From NCBI GenBank assembly GCA_001792215.1, contig MGGC01000040.1, positions 3,653-61,070 on the forward strand: 57,418 nt of DNA. The letters are read 5' to 3'. Below are positions 25,404 through 35,517 of the stretch, piece by piece; the first letter of the stretch is position 1; each line of letters starts with the position of its first letter. A program made the translations under genes and the position numbers. The notes under the pieces were generated by a model. The model worked only from the letters and a program-made list of their open reading frames with translations. It searched no databases and was not told the origin of the DNA. This DNA is from Candidatus Woesebacteria bacterium RIFCSPHIGHO2_01_FULL_38_10 (GTDB lineage Bacteria > Patescibacteriota > Microgenomatia > UBA8517).

Positions 25404-26826
25404 ATCTGTTTAATAAATATCCTACTGTTAACCCCACTATTAACCAAAAAATTATGGCAAACTTGGATGCCTCAAAAATATCTATAAAAATAGCGTTTAT
25501 AAATAGACCAGGTATTGCTCCAATTAAACCAGAAACGAATGCCAAATTTGCTCCTTCCAATCTTGGAATGTCGGGAAGAACTCTTAAAAAAAGCTTTCCA
25601 ATTCTAAAAAATATCAGTAAAAACGCACTAAAACCCAAAATACCAACCTCCCCCAAAAGTCTCAAATAATCATTATCAGTTGCTAGACCAATGGAAGAAT
25701 AACCTGTACCCAAAAATGGGTTTTTTCTCAAAGAACTTATCGCTCTTGGCCATTCAACATTCAATCTGATTGAAGTAGATCTGTCTTCAAAAACAGGATT
25801 CTCTGTTGGCGTGGGAACAGGTTTTTCTTTTTTGTTAAAAACACCCTCAGCATAAACCTTTCCCGGATCAATAAAGTTGATCATCTTCATTTTCTTTACC
25901 GTACCGAAAGAAACTTCAATCAGCCTTTGATAGCGCGCTAAAAGATTGGAAGAAAAACCAATAAATGCTAGACTTATCAAAAAGACAAGCGCCATCTCTT
26001 TAAATTTTTTCATTATAATCAAACTGAAACAGGAAGATATTAAATAGGTAACAAAGGAGATCCTCGAGGCCGAATATACCAATAACCAAAGCCCGGCGAA
26101 AGACGCGAAAGACAGAATCAATCGGGTCAGCATACCCTTAAAAATAAAAAGTGAAGATATAATTATAGGCAAAACTAGCACTAAAAAACTTGCTAAATCA
26201 TAATGGCCTGCAAAAGTTGAGTTAATATGACTACCCTGAACCCACCTTAAGGCAATCCCTTTAGAATATTCTTCGTTCTGAGTAATTATAATTGGAAAAG
26301 TAAGATATCTTTGTCCTAAACCATAGATAAATAGCAAAATAATAACCATTAATAAGACCTTTAGATAAAAATCAAATCCTTTAGGTACCCTTACAACAGT
26401 TTCAATACCCAAATAAAAAGGAATCATATACTCTATTCTCCTTAACCAATGCAAGACAGCAATATGTGTGTCTAGGGTCTTTGTTAGAAAAATTCCACTT
26501 AGTAAAGAAACAAAACCCACTGCCCAAAAAAGAAGTATAGCTTTATTGACTGCGTTTTTAAAAAAAGAACTCCTTTTTGTCGAATCAGTAAAAGTAATAA
26601 AAACTAAAATGGCGCCAAAAGCTAAAAGTAAATCTTCCAGTCTTATTGAGACAAACGTTCCCGGAACCCTAATAAAAGGAAATTTCGGATACAAGGGGAT
26701 CGTGATTAATATCGCGACAATTACATATTTGAAAAGAAAATCAGGCAATTTTAAACGCTTTAGCATAGATTTTGACAAGGCCTTTTCTCTGAAGCACGCT
26801 CCAAAGAAAAAATCTTGCCAACGCAC
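25387..26826 (-). CDS. O-antigen ligase/polymerase (Wzy_C-like) family membrane protein
   Basis: 479 aa polytopic protein. YSASRISFVTYL motif followed by a large loop. The start may be the internal ATG at 26766 (MLKRLKL). Confidence 0.65.
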   Translation of the reverse strand: MRWQDFFFGACFREKALSKSMLKRLKLPDFLFKYVIVAILITIPLYPKFPFIRVPGTFVSIRLEDLLLAFGAILVFITFTDSTKRSSFFKNAVNKAILLFWAVGFVSLLSGIFLTKTLDTHIAVLHWLRRIEYMIPFYLGIETVVRVPKGFDFYLKVLLMVIILLFIYGLGQRYLTFPIIITQNEEYSKGIALRWVQGSHINSTFAGHYDLASFLVLVLPIIISSLFIFKGMLTRLILSFASFAGLWLLVYSASRISFVTYLISSCFSLIIMKKFKEMALVFLISLAFIGFSSNLLARYQRLIEVSFGTVKKMKMINFIDPGKVYAEGVFNKKEKPVPTPTENPVFEDRSTSIRLNVEWPRAISSLRKNPFLGTGYSSIGLATDNDYLRLLGEVGILGFSAFLLIFFRIGKLFLRVLPDIPRLEGANLAFVSGLIGAIPGLFINAIFIDIFEASKFAIIFWLIVGLTVGYLLNRYVQEN

Positions 26827-27655
26827 CTCCTTTTAAAAATAACCTTATTATGGGAAGCTGCCATTCAGGCTTATTCTTTTGGAAAAATGTTTTTATTCCC
26901 TGAAATTCAGAAACTAAAGAGAATTCGTTAGTTGCACTTCCACCTCCAAGATGGATAATACTCCACCTCGGTAAATAGATAATTTTCCAGCCCATCTTTT
27001 TTACCCGATAGCAATAGTCAACATCCTCAGTGTACATAAAATAATCTTCATCAAGTAGGCCAACACTTTCAATTACCTCTTTTCTAATCAAAAAAAAAGC
27101 TCCAGTTAACCAATCTCTCTGTCTAAAAAAATGACGTTTATCTTTACATAAAGGTAATAGGGAATGTGACAGATGAAAAGGTTTAATTATTTTCTCAAGA
27201 AAAGGAATGTCGTCGATAAAAAACATCCAGCTAAAAAAATTTATAAGACTGGGGAAATAACCTCCACTTGCTTGCACGCTACCATCCCGATTTCTAAGGC
27301 TGCAACCTGACACCCCAACTTTCTTGTGTCGATCCATCCAAAAAACCATTTCCCCAAGAACGTTATCCTTAATAAGCGTATCTGAATTTAAAAGTAAAAT
27401 ATATCTTCCTTTAGAATTTTTTATACCAATATTATTGGCTTTTGCAAACCCCAGATTTTCCTTATTTTTAACCAAAACAATCGGATATTTTTTTGCTAAT
27501 TTTTTTATTTCCTTCAGACTGCCGTCGGAAGAAGCATTATCCACAACAATGATTTCATATTTTATGTTTTCACTATTTTTCACAAGAGAATTGATACACT
27601 CAAGCGTGAGTTTTCTCGTATTAAAACTGAGAATAATAATTGATAAATCAAGCAT
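26741..27655 (-). CDS. GT2 glycosyltransferase
   Basis: 304 aa. LSIIILSFN, VVDNASSDGS, LNSDT, TEDVDYC. Confidence 0.85.
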   Translation of the reverse strand: MLDLSIIILSFNTRKLTLECINSLVKNSENIKYEIIVVDNASSDGSLKEIKKLAKKYPIVLVKNKENLGFAKANNIGIKNSKGRYILLLNSDTLIKDNVLGEMVFWMDRHKKVGVSGCSLRNRDGSVQASGGYFPSLINFFSWMFFIDDIPFLEKIIKPFHLSHSLLPLCKDKRHFFRQRDWLTGAFFLIRKEVIESVGLLDEDYFMYTEDVDYCYRVKKMGWKIIYLPRWSIIHLGGGSATNEFSLVSEFQGIKTFFQKNKPEWQLPIIRLFLKGGALARFFLWSVLQRKGLVKIYAKAFKIA

Positions 27656-28181
27656 TTCGAAGATTCTTAAATGAAATCAACCATTCTCTAAATAAGATAA
27701 GCCCAAACACAAGAGTTAAAAAAGCAATTATAAATCTAGTATACCAATCACTTGGTACAAATCTAATTGTGATTTTCTGTCTCCAGAGCTTCCCCTGAAT
27801 ATTAATTGCGTCTTTCTCTTCTTTGGGTTCAAATCCGTTGACAAACAACGATTCTCTAAGAGGATGAACGATCTCTTCTAAAAACGTGCTTCTTGTTTGT
27901 TCTCTGATTACCCTTTTGGCCTCCTCAGGAGGATAATTTAAGCGGTAAGTAGGAGGTAATATAGTGTTCCCAAATTTAAATTCATTTTCATAATGTTCCG
28001 TAACCTCCTCACGGGTAAGATTGGTAAAATAAGAACGCCTAAGTGGAGTTTCCGTATCCGCCGGCTCAAATGACTGAAGAGAATCAGGAGGGGGAGTTGG
28101 AAATACCGGATTTGGAAGGAGAACATAAGAAAAAAAAAGAAAAGAAATAAACAGAAAAGTAATTTTCACGACCATTTTCAT
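27648..28181 (-). CDS. Hypothetical membrane protein (N-terminal signal/TM and C-terminal TM)
   Basis: 177 aa. In-operon position with overlapping junctions. No recognisable family. Confidence 0.5.
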   Translation of the reverse strand: MKMVVKITFLFISFLFFSYVLLPNPVFPTPPPDSLQSFEPADTETPLRRSYFTNLTREEVTEHYENEFKFGNTILPPTYRLNYPPEEAKRVIREQTRSTFLEEIVHPLRESLFVNGFEPKEEKDAINIQGKLWRQKITIRFVPSDWYTRFIIAFLTLVFGLILFREWLISFKNLRNA

Positions 28182-28187
28182 AAAAAA

Positions 28188-28829
28188 TTATTGGAAAAGA
28201 CGGGATCTTCCCAGTCTATAATTGAGATTTTTAATTACTCTTCTTTTTATAATATTAGCAGGAACACCACCAACAACAGCATAATTGGGTACATCTTTAG
28301 TGAGAACTGCTCCAGCAGCCACAACCGCTCCTTTGCCTATTTTGACTCCTGGTAGGATTATAACCCTTGGCCCAATGAATACATAATCTCCAATCTCAAC
28401 AGGAGCATTTTTTGTTTTAAATTCTTCACTCTCAATATCGTGTTCCGAATTATAAATCAGAACCGAAGACGCAAGATCAACATGATTTCCAATCGAAAGC
28501 GGCGCCCTTCCGTCTAAAAAGGCATTATCCCCAATTTTTGTATCATCACCTATCGTTACTCCTCTCGGTTCAAAAAATTTACATCCCATATGTATTGTTG
28601 AACCTTTCCCAATTTTCACCCCTGCCAGCTTGAATACTAAGTGCCTGATAGATGCCAATGGTACGTGAATGCTTACTTGATGAATTAAAAAAAGCTCTAA
28701 ATCGAACCGCCAATTATAAAACCTGCTCAATGCCTTACTTAAGGCTTTAGAAAAGCTTAAAATGTTGCCGTGTTTATCAGTAAAGATAATTCCTTTCTTA
28801 CCAATCTTTATGTTTTCTTGGTACAACAT
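28188..28829 (-). CDS. Hexapeptide-repeat (left-handed beta-helix) sugar O-acetyltransferase
   Basis: 213 aa. Repeated [LIV]G-x4 hexapeptides (IGKGSTIHMG, IGDDTKIGDNAF, IGDYVFIGPRVIILPGVKIGKGAVVAAGAV). Confidence 0.8.
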   Translation of the reverse strand: MLYQENIKIGKKGIIFTDKHGNILSFSKALSKALSRFYNWRFDLELFLIHQVSIHVPLASIRHLVFKLAGVKIGKGSTIHMGCKFFEPRGVTIGDDTKIGDNAFLDGRAPLSIGNHVDLASSVLIYNSEHDIESEEFKTKNAPVEIGDYVFIGPRVIILPGVKIGKGAVVAAGAVLTKDVPNYAVVGGVPANIIKRRVIKNLNYRLGRSRLFQ

Positions 28830-28849
28830 AAACTAATTCGTACTTTCTT

Positions 28850-29772
28850 TTCCAAACGAAGCAGATATTTTTGTCACAAAAGAAAGTGCGGCAAAAAAAC
28901 TCAACCATTAATTACACACAGGCTTTTTGCAAAACATCTAAAGTTTTCTTTAGTTCGCCCAGGAAAACTTTTAAATCTGTTTCAAACCAACCTCTACAAG
29001 TTTATCATACTCTCTCTTATCTGAACCTATAACCTTTTTTACTCCTTGAAAAATACTTTCGCGACTCTATGGGTTAACACAAGTTTCACACTTCCCTTAA
29101 TAACATCTTCCTCGAAACTTGTGATTAGAGAAAAAAGCGGACAAAAGACCCTCCATATTCTCACTCGGTTTAGGAGTTGGCAAAAAAAGTAAATAATTTT
29201 TCCTAATCCTATATTTTTAAAGAAAATGTCGCATAAAATTTTTAGGCATATTTGTGTTGAATTTATCTTTACCGTAACCATATAGAATAACCTTGACCTT
29301 TTTCCTGCTAAAATAGTAATGTCGTACAATGTCTTTTTTAGTCGTTTTAGAGGGACAGATGATATACTTTGATATAATTATAGAAATAGCACTCCAGTAC
29401 TTTAATTGCCAATAATCTTTTCTTTTAAATTGTTCCGAAAACTTGAGGTATCCAAGATCATGAATAGTAGTAACTTTAGGAATTAAAGATATGGGGGGTA
29501 AATAATGACTCGGACCAAAAAGACATCCGTTTTCCGGTAGCCAATAGATAAGGCACTAACTTCACAAGTACCCAAAACTTTCCACCTTTAATAACTTTGT
29601 ACTTCCAAAACCTGCTTTCCGGGGGCAAATCATCAAGAGCCCTATTTTTTAAATAAACACAAAACCTGTGTCTTATATCCTGTAGTTTACAAGAACCCCA
29701 TAAAATTTCAAAAGAGTACTGATGTACTCCAACCCCCTGAGAAACATTGACCTCATCACCGTCTATACCTTA
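28850..29772 (-). pseudogene. Decayed GT4 glycosyltransferase gene (multiple frameshifts/stops), interrupted by a 44-nt MITE-like module
   Basis: My hand translation of the minus strand gives GT4-like pieces in different frames. These are GIDGDEVNVSQGVGVHQYSFEIL..., IPKVTTIHDLGYLKFSEQFKRKDYW...KVKVILYGYG, KNYLLFLPTPKPSENMEGLLSAF, then after the repeat KKVIGSDKREYDKLVEVGLKQI and KVFLGELKKTLDVLQKA. Compare the intact paralogue at 30079..31176. Confidence 0.6.
29079..29122 (+). mobile_element. MITE-like repeat, 44-nt minimal module (copy R2)
   Basis: ACAAGTTTCacacttcccttaataacatcttcctcGAAACTTGT. Differs from 124..167 by a single C/T mismatch. 9-bp terminal inverted repeats. Confidence 0.75.
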
Positions 29773-30078
29773 ACATATATTTATATAAACTAAGTAGACT
29801 GTGCAAACTGTCTCGAAGCTACCTGAAAAACTTCTCCATCAACAAGCCAATTGTAGACCGTTGAAATGCTTTAGTGCAAGAAAATTTAAAGTATTTTGGG
29901 CATAAAGACATTTTCACAACCTGAGTAATCTTTTTATACTTAACAAACTCGAGTTTGTAATTACAAACGAGAGTTTTTGAATATACACAAGTGCCTTAAG
30001 ATACTGCAAATTCAAGTAAGACAGGTATATTAACTCTCTTTCACGACAGGAAGTTTTTTAGAATCACAAATGTCTTAA

Positions 30079-31176
30079 TCATATAAACAGACTGTTATTT
30101 CTAACCTCCTGATAAACATCTAGGGTCTTTTTCGCTACTTTTCCCCAAGAAAAGTCCTTGGCCCGAGACAAGCCTTTTTTAATTAAAGATATCTTACATC
30201 TTAACGTCTTTTGAATTCCTTCAGTTATTGAAGCTACATCATATGGATCAACCAAAACTGCAGCCTTCCCTGCTACTTCTGCCATGCTACCAAAATTTGA
30301 AGTTACGACAGGAGTACTGCAAACAAACGCCTCCAAAATTGGAAGCCCAAACCCTTCATACAACGAAGGATAAATAAGTGCTTCTGAACCCGAGTAAAGA
30401 ATTGGCATCAGTCGATTGTCGACATGGCCCAGAAATAAAACCTCCTTCCTCGGCCTGAAATCCATATACTTATGGCCGGTAATAAGAAGTTTTAATCTAG
30501 ATTCACCTCTAACTTTCTCAAACGCCTCTATTATCCGATCGGTATTTTTCCTCGGATTCACTCCAACTGCAAGTAAATATTTTCCTTCAACCTTGTACTT
30601 TCTTCTCAGCTTCTCAATTTCAACTTTCTTACCAGGCTTGAACATTTTATCAGGCGCTTCCGGAATCACTCTAATCTTTTCTCTTTTTATTCCCAGCCCT
30701 ACCGCATCCTCAGCTGTTTTCCGCGAAGGAACTATCACTCGATCCACCTCCCGAACAATCCATCTCAGACGCGCCTTATGGGTAGATACAATTCTAGGAT
30801 GGGATAGTTTGGGAAATTTAATTGGTACTAAATCGTGAATCGTTGTAACTTTAAACGCCTTCGACGGTGGTTGAGTCCAGTCTGAGGAATGGAAAACATC
30901 GATTTTGCCGATTAATGTCTCGATCGGAAAAAGGTGAAACTTGTTCCAAATCAAGTCCGCCAAGACTGGTGAGATCGGGTAGAATCTACCCTTAAAGACG
31001 CCGTCTTTAAAAGTCTGAAATGCCCGCTTTAATTCCCCCCACCTTCTCAGCGAACCTCCGCACAATATATACTCGTTCTTCTTGTCAATCCTAAGTAAGT
31101 TTTCAACCAAATTCTTGGTATAAACTGAAACCCCTGTTCCATAAACAATTGGTGAGATGTCAATTGCTATCCTCAT
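30079..31176 (-). CDS. GT4 glycosyltransferase
   Basis: 365 aa. RIAIDISPI...GTGVSVYT N-terminus; PSLYEGFGLPILEAF motif. Confidence 0.85.
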   Translation of the reverse strand: MRIAIDISPIVYGTGVSVYTKNLVENLLRIDKKNEYILCGGSLRRWGELKRAFQTFKDGVFKGRFYPISPVLADLIWNKFHLFPIETLIGKIDVFHSSDWTQPPSKAFKVTTIHDLVPIKFPKLSHPRIVSTHKARLRWIVREVDRVIVPSRKTAEDAVGLGIKREKIRVIPEAPDKMFKPGKKVEIEKLRRKYKVEGKYLLAVGVNPRKNTDRIIEAFEKVRGESRLKLLITGHKYMDFRPRKEVLFLGHVDNRLMPILYSGSEALIYPSLYEGFGLPILEAFVCSTPVVTSNFGSMAEVAGKAAVLVDPYDVASITEGIQKTLRCKISLIKKGLSRAKDFSWGKVAKKTLDVYQEVRNNSLFI

Positions 31177-32566
31177 AATAATCCTTTCTAAGCAAAAACT
31201 CTGTCTCTCCTATTTTATTAACTTGTACATAGTTATCCCAGAGAAAGTTATTTATCTTTTTCGAATATTCAACTAAAAATTGATTATCCACTTGCACAGT
31301 CCTGTCCGCTACCACCAATCGCGGCCTTCCCGTTTCCAAACTTCTTAGTATCTGATCTTCGGAAACAATAAAAAACCAAGAAAATTGCTGAACATAAACA
31401 TCACCGACAGGCAGTGTATCACTCATCTGATATAGATGGGGAATTGATCCGTAGATAAAAATTCTTTCCTTTGGTAACGCCATTTGCCTAATTTCTTCAG
31501 CAATCTTTTTAGTCTCTTGGTCAAAGAAAAAAACCTTATTCCCCAGATGACCACGATAAAAAGTTGTGAGAAGAAGTATACTCCCTGCGATGTATCCTCC
31601 TTTAATCAAAGCTGCTAGACCCTTAAAAGGGAGTGATTGAAAGGAGAGAACTGTTGCAATCGCCAAAAAAGGCAAAACAGGCTGAAAATGCACAAAATCA
31701 AAACGAGCATAAGCACTTGCCAATCCTCCCAACAAAAATAAGAATATCCAAAAAACTAGTCTCTTTTTTTTAAAAGATAGAGAAAACAGGCTCATTCCGA
31801 AAACCCCGACTATTCTTAGTAAACCGGGAGTATCGGGGTATTTTTTTCCAAACTGAGAAAAGGTGGTCAGATTATAAATAACCGTCCAATACCAGAAATC
31901 GGGAAAAACATCGATTTTAATGAAATAAAATATCATTAAAAGGGGAAACGGAATAATTCCAAGTATAAAATAACTAAATCCTTTCCTTTGTCTTGCCAGA
32001 AGAAAAACCAATCCCACTAAGAAAGCCACAGGAATAACAACCTGCTTTAAAACTATACCGGCACCCAGGAATAATCCCGATAATAAATAACTTCTGTTAA
32101 GTTTAGTCTCGAAAGCATGATATGAAAAATAAAACGAGAAAAGTAAAAATAAAGGCAAAAATGAATCTATCCACAAAACCCAGCCCTCAAAAAACGGCTG
32201 CCAAATAAGATAAACAAAGTTGACAAATAGAGCATTTTTATCCGACTTGAAAATCCTTCGGGAAACAACAAATATCAGAACCTGAATAAATGCTACATTC
32301 AGCATAGCCCAGAACCTTGCAGAATATTCATCAGTCATCCCAAGAGTCGCCAAATTTACTGGGAAAAACATTAATCCAGGGAAGTGTTGGTCCCATATTT
32401 GTTTGTAAGGAAGAAGACCGCTATTTACAAAATAAGGATAGGTAAAAAGTTCCTGATAGGGGAAAAAAATTAACTTACTTAATAAAAAAAGGTGAATTCC
32501 AATTATTACAAAAAGCAAAACGAAATAATAATTTAAGTATGTCTTTTTACTCCTTTTTTTCAACAT
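31160..32566 (-). CDS. Polytopic membrane protein, probable GT-C fold glycosyltransferase
   Basis: 468 aa, >10 hydrophobic segments. Early loop LPYKQIWDQHFPGLMF resembles the ArnT/PMT-type first loop. Confidence 0.55.
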   Translation of the reverse strand: MLKKRSKKTYLNYYFVLLFVIIGIHLFLLSKLIFFPYQELFTYPYFVNSGLLPYKQIWDQHFPGLMFFPVNLATLGMTDEYSARFWAMLNVAFIQVLIFVVSRRIFKSDKNALFVNFVYLIWQPFFEGWVLWIDSFLPLFLLFSFYFSYHAFETKLNRSYLLSGLFLGAGIVLKQVVIPVAFLVGLVFLLARQRKGFSYFILGIIPFPLLMIFYFIKIDVFPDFWYWTVIYNLTTFSQFGKKYPDTPGLLRIVGVFGMSLFSLSFKKKRLVFWIFLFLLGGLASAYARFDFVHFQPVLPFLAIATVLSFQSLPFKGLAALIKGGYIAGSILLLTTFYRGHLGNKVFFFDQETKKIAEEIRQMALPKERIFIYGSIPHLYQMSDTLPVGDVYVQQFSWFFIVSEDQILRSLETGRPRLVVADRTVQVDNQFLVEYSKKINNFLWDNYVQVNKIGETEFLLRKDYYEDSN

Positions 32567-34068
32567 TACCTTTTCCAGTAAAAAACTTGTCCCACTCCAA
32601 CGAAATTATAAACTTCAGAAATCTCAAATTTTTCTTCCTTTAATACCCTCTCAACCACTCTAGTCGGATCAGACAGATCGCGCAAATATTCAAAGTAGAA
32701 AATTCCACCCTTATTTTCAACTATTTCTCTGGTTATTTTAGACGTTTTTTGATTATCTGCCGAAATTGAGTCTGTGGCCCCCAGAGCATTAATTTTCCCC
32801 TTTGCATACCACCTGTAAGGGGCAAAGGGTTCGGGATACTCAAAAAGGGCAACATCTCCCTCTCTTGCATTATGTTCAATTAAAGAAACTGCTTGTCTCC
32901 ATTGTTCTCTTTGTTCTACCTCATCGTAAACATAAATTAAAAAGCTTAAAAAATTAAACGCGATGAGTGTAAAAAAAACCATTCGTGATAAAAATTTAGA
33001 TTTAATTTGATAAATACCCCAGGAGATGGTCAAATAAAATGCAGGCAAGACATATAAAAATCTAAAGTAGATAAAAGCTGGGAATATAAATGAGACCAAA
33101 AATCCTAAAGAGAGCGGAAGTATGAGCCAAAGCCAAATCAAAACTACACTTCTTTCTTTCTTTCTTGTTGCCTGATAAAACGAAGTAAGGATAGGAAGTG
33201 AAGCCAAACCAATGAGCAGAAAGTAAAGTTTCTTGTCCAAAAGCGAGATCCTTCCGAAAACAAACTTTGTCCAAACAAGGACTGCCTGTTTAACTGTTGC
33301 TCCACCTACGACACTTTTCCAGGCTGGCAATATCGAAAGCAACCACCTGCCATTTTCTGCTTGAATTTTAAATATCGGAAGCCATATCAAAAACAATATT
33401 GTCAAAGGAATAAAAGAAGCTACAAATCTTAGCCACCAATCACCATCTTTTTTTTTCAATATTCCGTAAAGCCAAAAAACAGGAATTAAGAAAATCGGAA
33501 CATAATCTGTAAAAACTAATACTGTTATAGATAAAGAAAATAATATCCAAGCTAAAGTTCCAAAGCGTCTGAGAGTTTGGAATCGACCAGACACAATAAG
33601 AAAAGCGAAAGTCGAGAGTGCCGCGAAAAATGTCGCCATTGAATACATCCGAGCTTCCTGGGAATAGTAAATATGAAATTGTGAAGTAGTAATTAAAAGA
33701 GCGGAGCTAAGGGAAACTCTCCTTGTAATTCCTGAATCGTATTTTCTTCCTTTTTTCCCAATTTTTTTTGCAATCAAGTAAGTTAAAAGTATCGTTCCGA
33801 CACCAAACAAAATCGAGGGAAATCTCAATGAAGCTTCTGAATAGCCGAATAATCCCGACCAAAATTTTAATACCAGATAATATAGTGGAGGGTGATTATC
33901 AAATTTCGAAAATTCAAAAAAAAGATGAGTATATGAATTATCCCTAACCTCAATCGCCCCAATCGCTTCGTCTAGCCAAAGCGACTGATTAATAGAAACT
34001 AACCTCAAAGTCGTTGCCAATATAAGAAAAATTAAAATTATTTTGTGTTTTTTGATAAAACTGATCAT
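32566..34068 (-). CDS. GT-C fold glycosyltransferase (ArnT/PMT_2-like)
   Basis: 500 aa. SLWLDEAIGAIEV and DNHPPLYYLVLKFW motifs, then multiple TM segments and a soluble C-terminal domain. Confidence 0.7.
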   Translation of the reverse strand: MISFIKKHKIILIFLILATTLRLVSINQSLWLDEAIGAIEVRDNSYTHLFFEFSKFDNHPPLYYLVLKFWSGLFGYSEASLRFPSILFGVGTILLTYLIAKKIGKKGRKYDSGITRRVSLSSALLITTSQFHIYYSQEARMYSMATFFAALSTFAFLIVSGRFQTLRRFGTLAWILFSLSITVLVFTDYVPIFLIPVFWLYGILKKKDGDWWLRFVASFIPLTILFLIWLPIFKIQAENGRWLLSILPAWKSVVGGATVKQAVLVWTKFVFGRISLLDKKLYFLLIGLASLPILTSFYQATRKKERSVVLIWLWLILPLSLGFLVSFIFPAFIYFRFLYVLPAFYLTISWGIYQIKSKFLSRMVFFTLIAFNFLSFLIYVYDEVEQREQWRQAVSLIEHNAREGDVALFEYPEPFAPYRWYAKGKINALGATDSISADNQKTSKITREIVENKGGIFYFEYLRDLSDPTRVVERVLKEEKFEISEVYNFVGVGQVFYWKR

Positions 34069-34073
34069 TTAAT

Positions 34074-34820
34074 TCACTTTCTCTGCCTCTCCCAAACTTT
34101 AATCCAGTTAGTAATCCTGTAAATTGCCATCATGTAAGAGAGAACAAAACCCCGCCAGCCGTCTAAGTACCCACGCTTGTAAATAAAACGCCTGAAGAAA
34201 GAAAGGGCAGGATCAAAAAACATCTTAAAGATTGAAAAAATCTCTCCTCTTTCAATCTTTTCTCCGGCTTCTTCTTCTGTATATTTATTTATCATCAAAA
34301 AAAATTCACCAACCGTCTTATACTGAAAATGAACTTTTGTGTGTTTCAATCTTCCCACACTTCCATCTACTTTAACCTCAGCGTGTACCCCTCCCTCAAA
34401 CCTTCCTCTATCTTTTCGGTATAACCACACATGTTCATCCGGCGACCAGCGTGTGTGCTTAATTTCTTTTCCCAAGATTATGTTTCGACGAGGGATTAAG
34501 TAACCTACAAATTTGTCTGTCTTCACGGCATTTACAACCTCACCAGCTAGTCTTCCGGTCATAACTTCGTCAGCATCCAAGGAAAATACCCAGTTGTTCT
34601 TTGCTTTATCTGCGGCAAAATTTTTCTGATTGGAAAAATTATCGAATTTTCGGTAAAAGACTCTGGCACCAAACTTTTTTGCTATTTCGACAGTCTTATC
34701 TATACTCCCCGAATCTACAATGACAATCTCGTTTGCAAATTTCTTAATAGAATCAAGACAACGAGCTAGATTTTCCTCTTCATTTAACGTAACCAATGTT
34801 ACTGATATTTCCATTCTCAA
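34074..34820 (-). CDS. GT2 glycosyltransferase
   Basis: 248 aa. VTLVTLNEEENL, IVIVDSGSIDKT, SLDADE. Confidence 0.8.
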   Translation of the reverse strand: MRMEISVTLVTLNEEENLARCLDSIKKFANEIVIVDSGSIDKTVEIAKKFGARVFYRKFDNFSNQKNFAADKAKNNWVFSLDADEVMTGRLAGEVVNAVKTDKFVGYLIPRRNIILGKEIKHTRWSPDEHVWLYRKDRGRFEGGVHAEVKVDGSVGRLKHTKVHFQYKTVGEFFLMINKYTEEEAGEKIERGEIFSIFKMFFDPALSFFRRFIYKRGYLDGWRGFVLSYMMAIYRITNWIKVWERQRK

Positions 34821-35512
34821 CTTGAACCGAGAGTTAATTTCGTAATAGAACCTTCTCGCTTTCCTGAAAACCTACTCCACCAGAAAGCAACAAAAACACT
34901 GTAGACAAGTATCAAAAATAAATAAGCTACTTTTATGAGGATTGACTGCTTTGGGAAAAAAGCCAAAGAAACATAAAACGTATTAATAATAATTCGTGTA
35001 ATAAGAATTACCGTAATAAATTCGCGGTAAGACATTCGAGTAAACCCAGCCGCATAACTTGCTAAGTCTTGAACCGGAAGAAACGAGACGACCAAAAATC
35101 CCCTCCACTCTCCCAAATAGTGGTAAAGCTTATCTATTATTCTCAGGGATCTTTTTCCAGTCAGGCGTAAGGCTACCTTCCTACCTAGTTTCCTGGCAAT
35201 CAAAAAACAAATTGTACTGCCAAAAAGATCACCTATAAATGTTATTAAAAAGGCCCCAAAAAAACCATAAAGTAGAGCGGTTAAAATATAAATGGGACCT
35301 CCACTAAGTGGGGCAAGAACAAGGGTCAAAGACTTCATTAGTATTATCAACAAAGGACCGTAAACGCCCGCTCTTTCAACTAATTCAGAAAGCTTTCCTT
35401 CTCCAATCACTCCAAATCCTAGCCAATAGGAAAGAAGTGTAAATAAAAGTAAAAATATAAACCCTCCCAAAAATCCTAAAACATATTTTATATCTATTTT
35501 TTTAGGTCTCAT
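34817..35512 (-). CDS. DedA/TVP38-TMEM64 (VTT domain) family membrane protein
   Basis: 231 aa. APLSGGPIYILTALLYGFFGAFLITFIGDLFGSTICFLIARKLGR pattern. Confidence 0.65.
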   Translation of the reverse strand: MRPKKIDIKYVLGFLGGFIFLLLFTLLSYWLGFGVIGEGKLSELVERAGVYGPLLIILMKSLTLVLAPLSGGPIYILTALLYGFFGAFLITFIGDLFGSTICFLIARKLGRKVALRLTGKRSLRIIDKLYHYLGEWRGFLVVSFLPVQDLASYAAGFTRMSYREFITVILITRIIINTFYVSLAFFPKQSILIKVAYLFLILVYSVFVAFWWSRFSGKREGSITKLTLGSS

Positions 35513-35517
35513 TATAT

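Noticed and set aside
29039-29329. 96-aa minus-strand ORF in the gap between the acetyltransferase and GT4 genes.
   Set aside because: It runs out of frame across the GT4 pseudogene fragments and straight through the 44-nt MITE module (the peptide ...SFEEDVIKGSVKLV... is the translated repeat). It is an artefact of gene decay.
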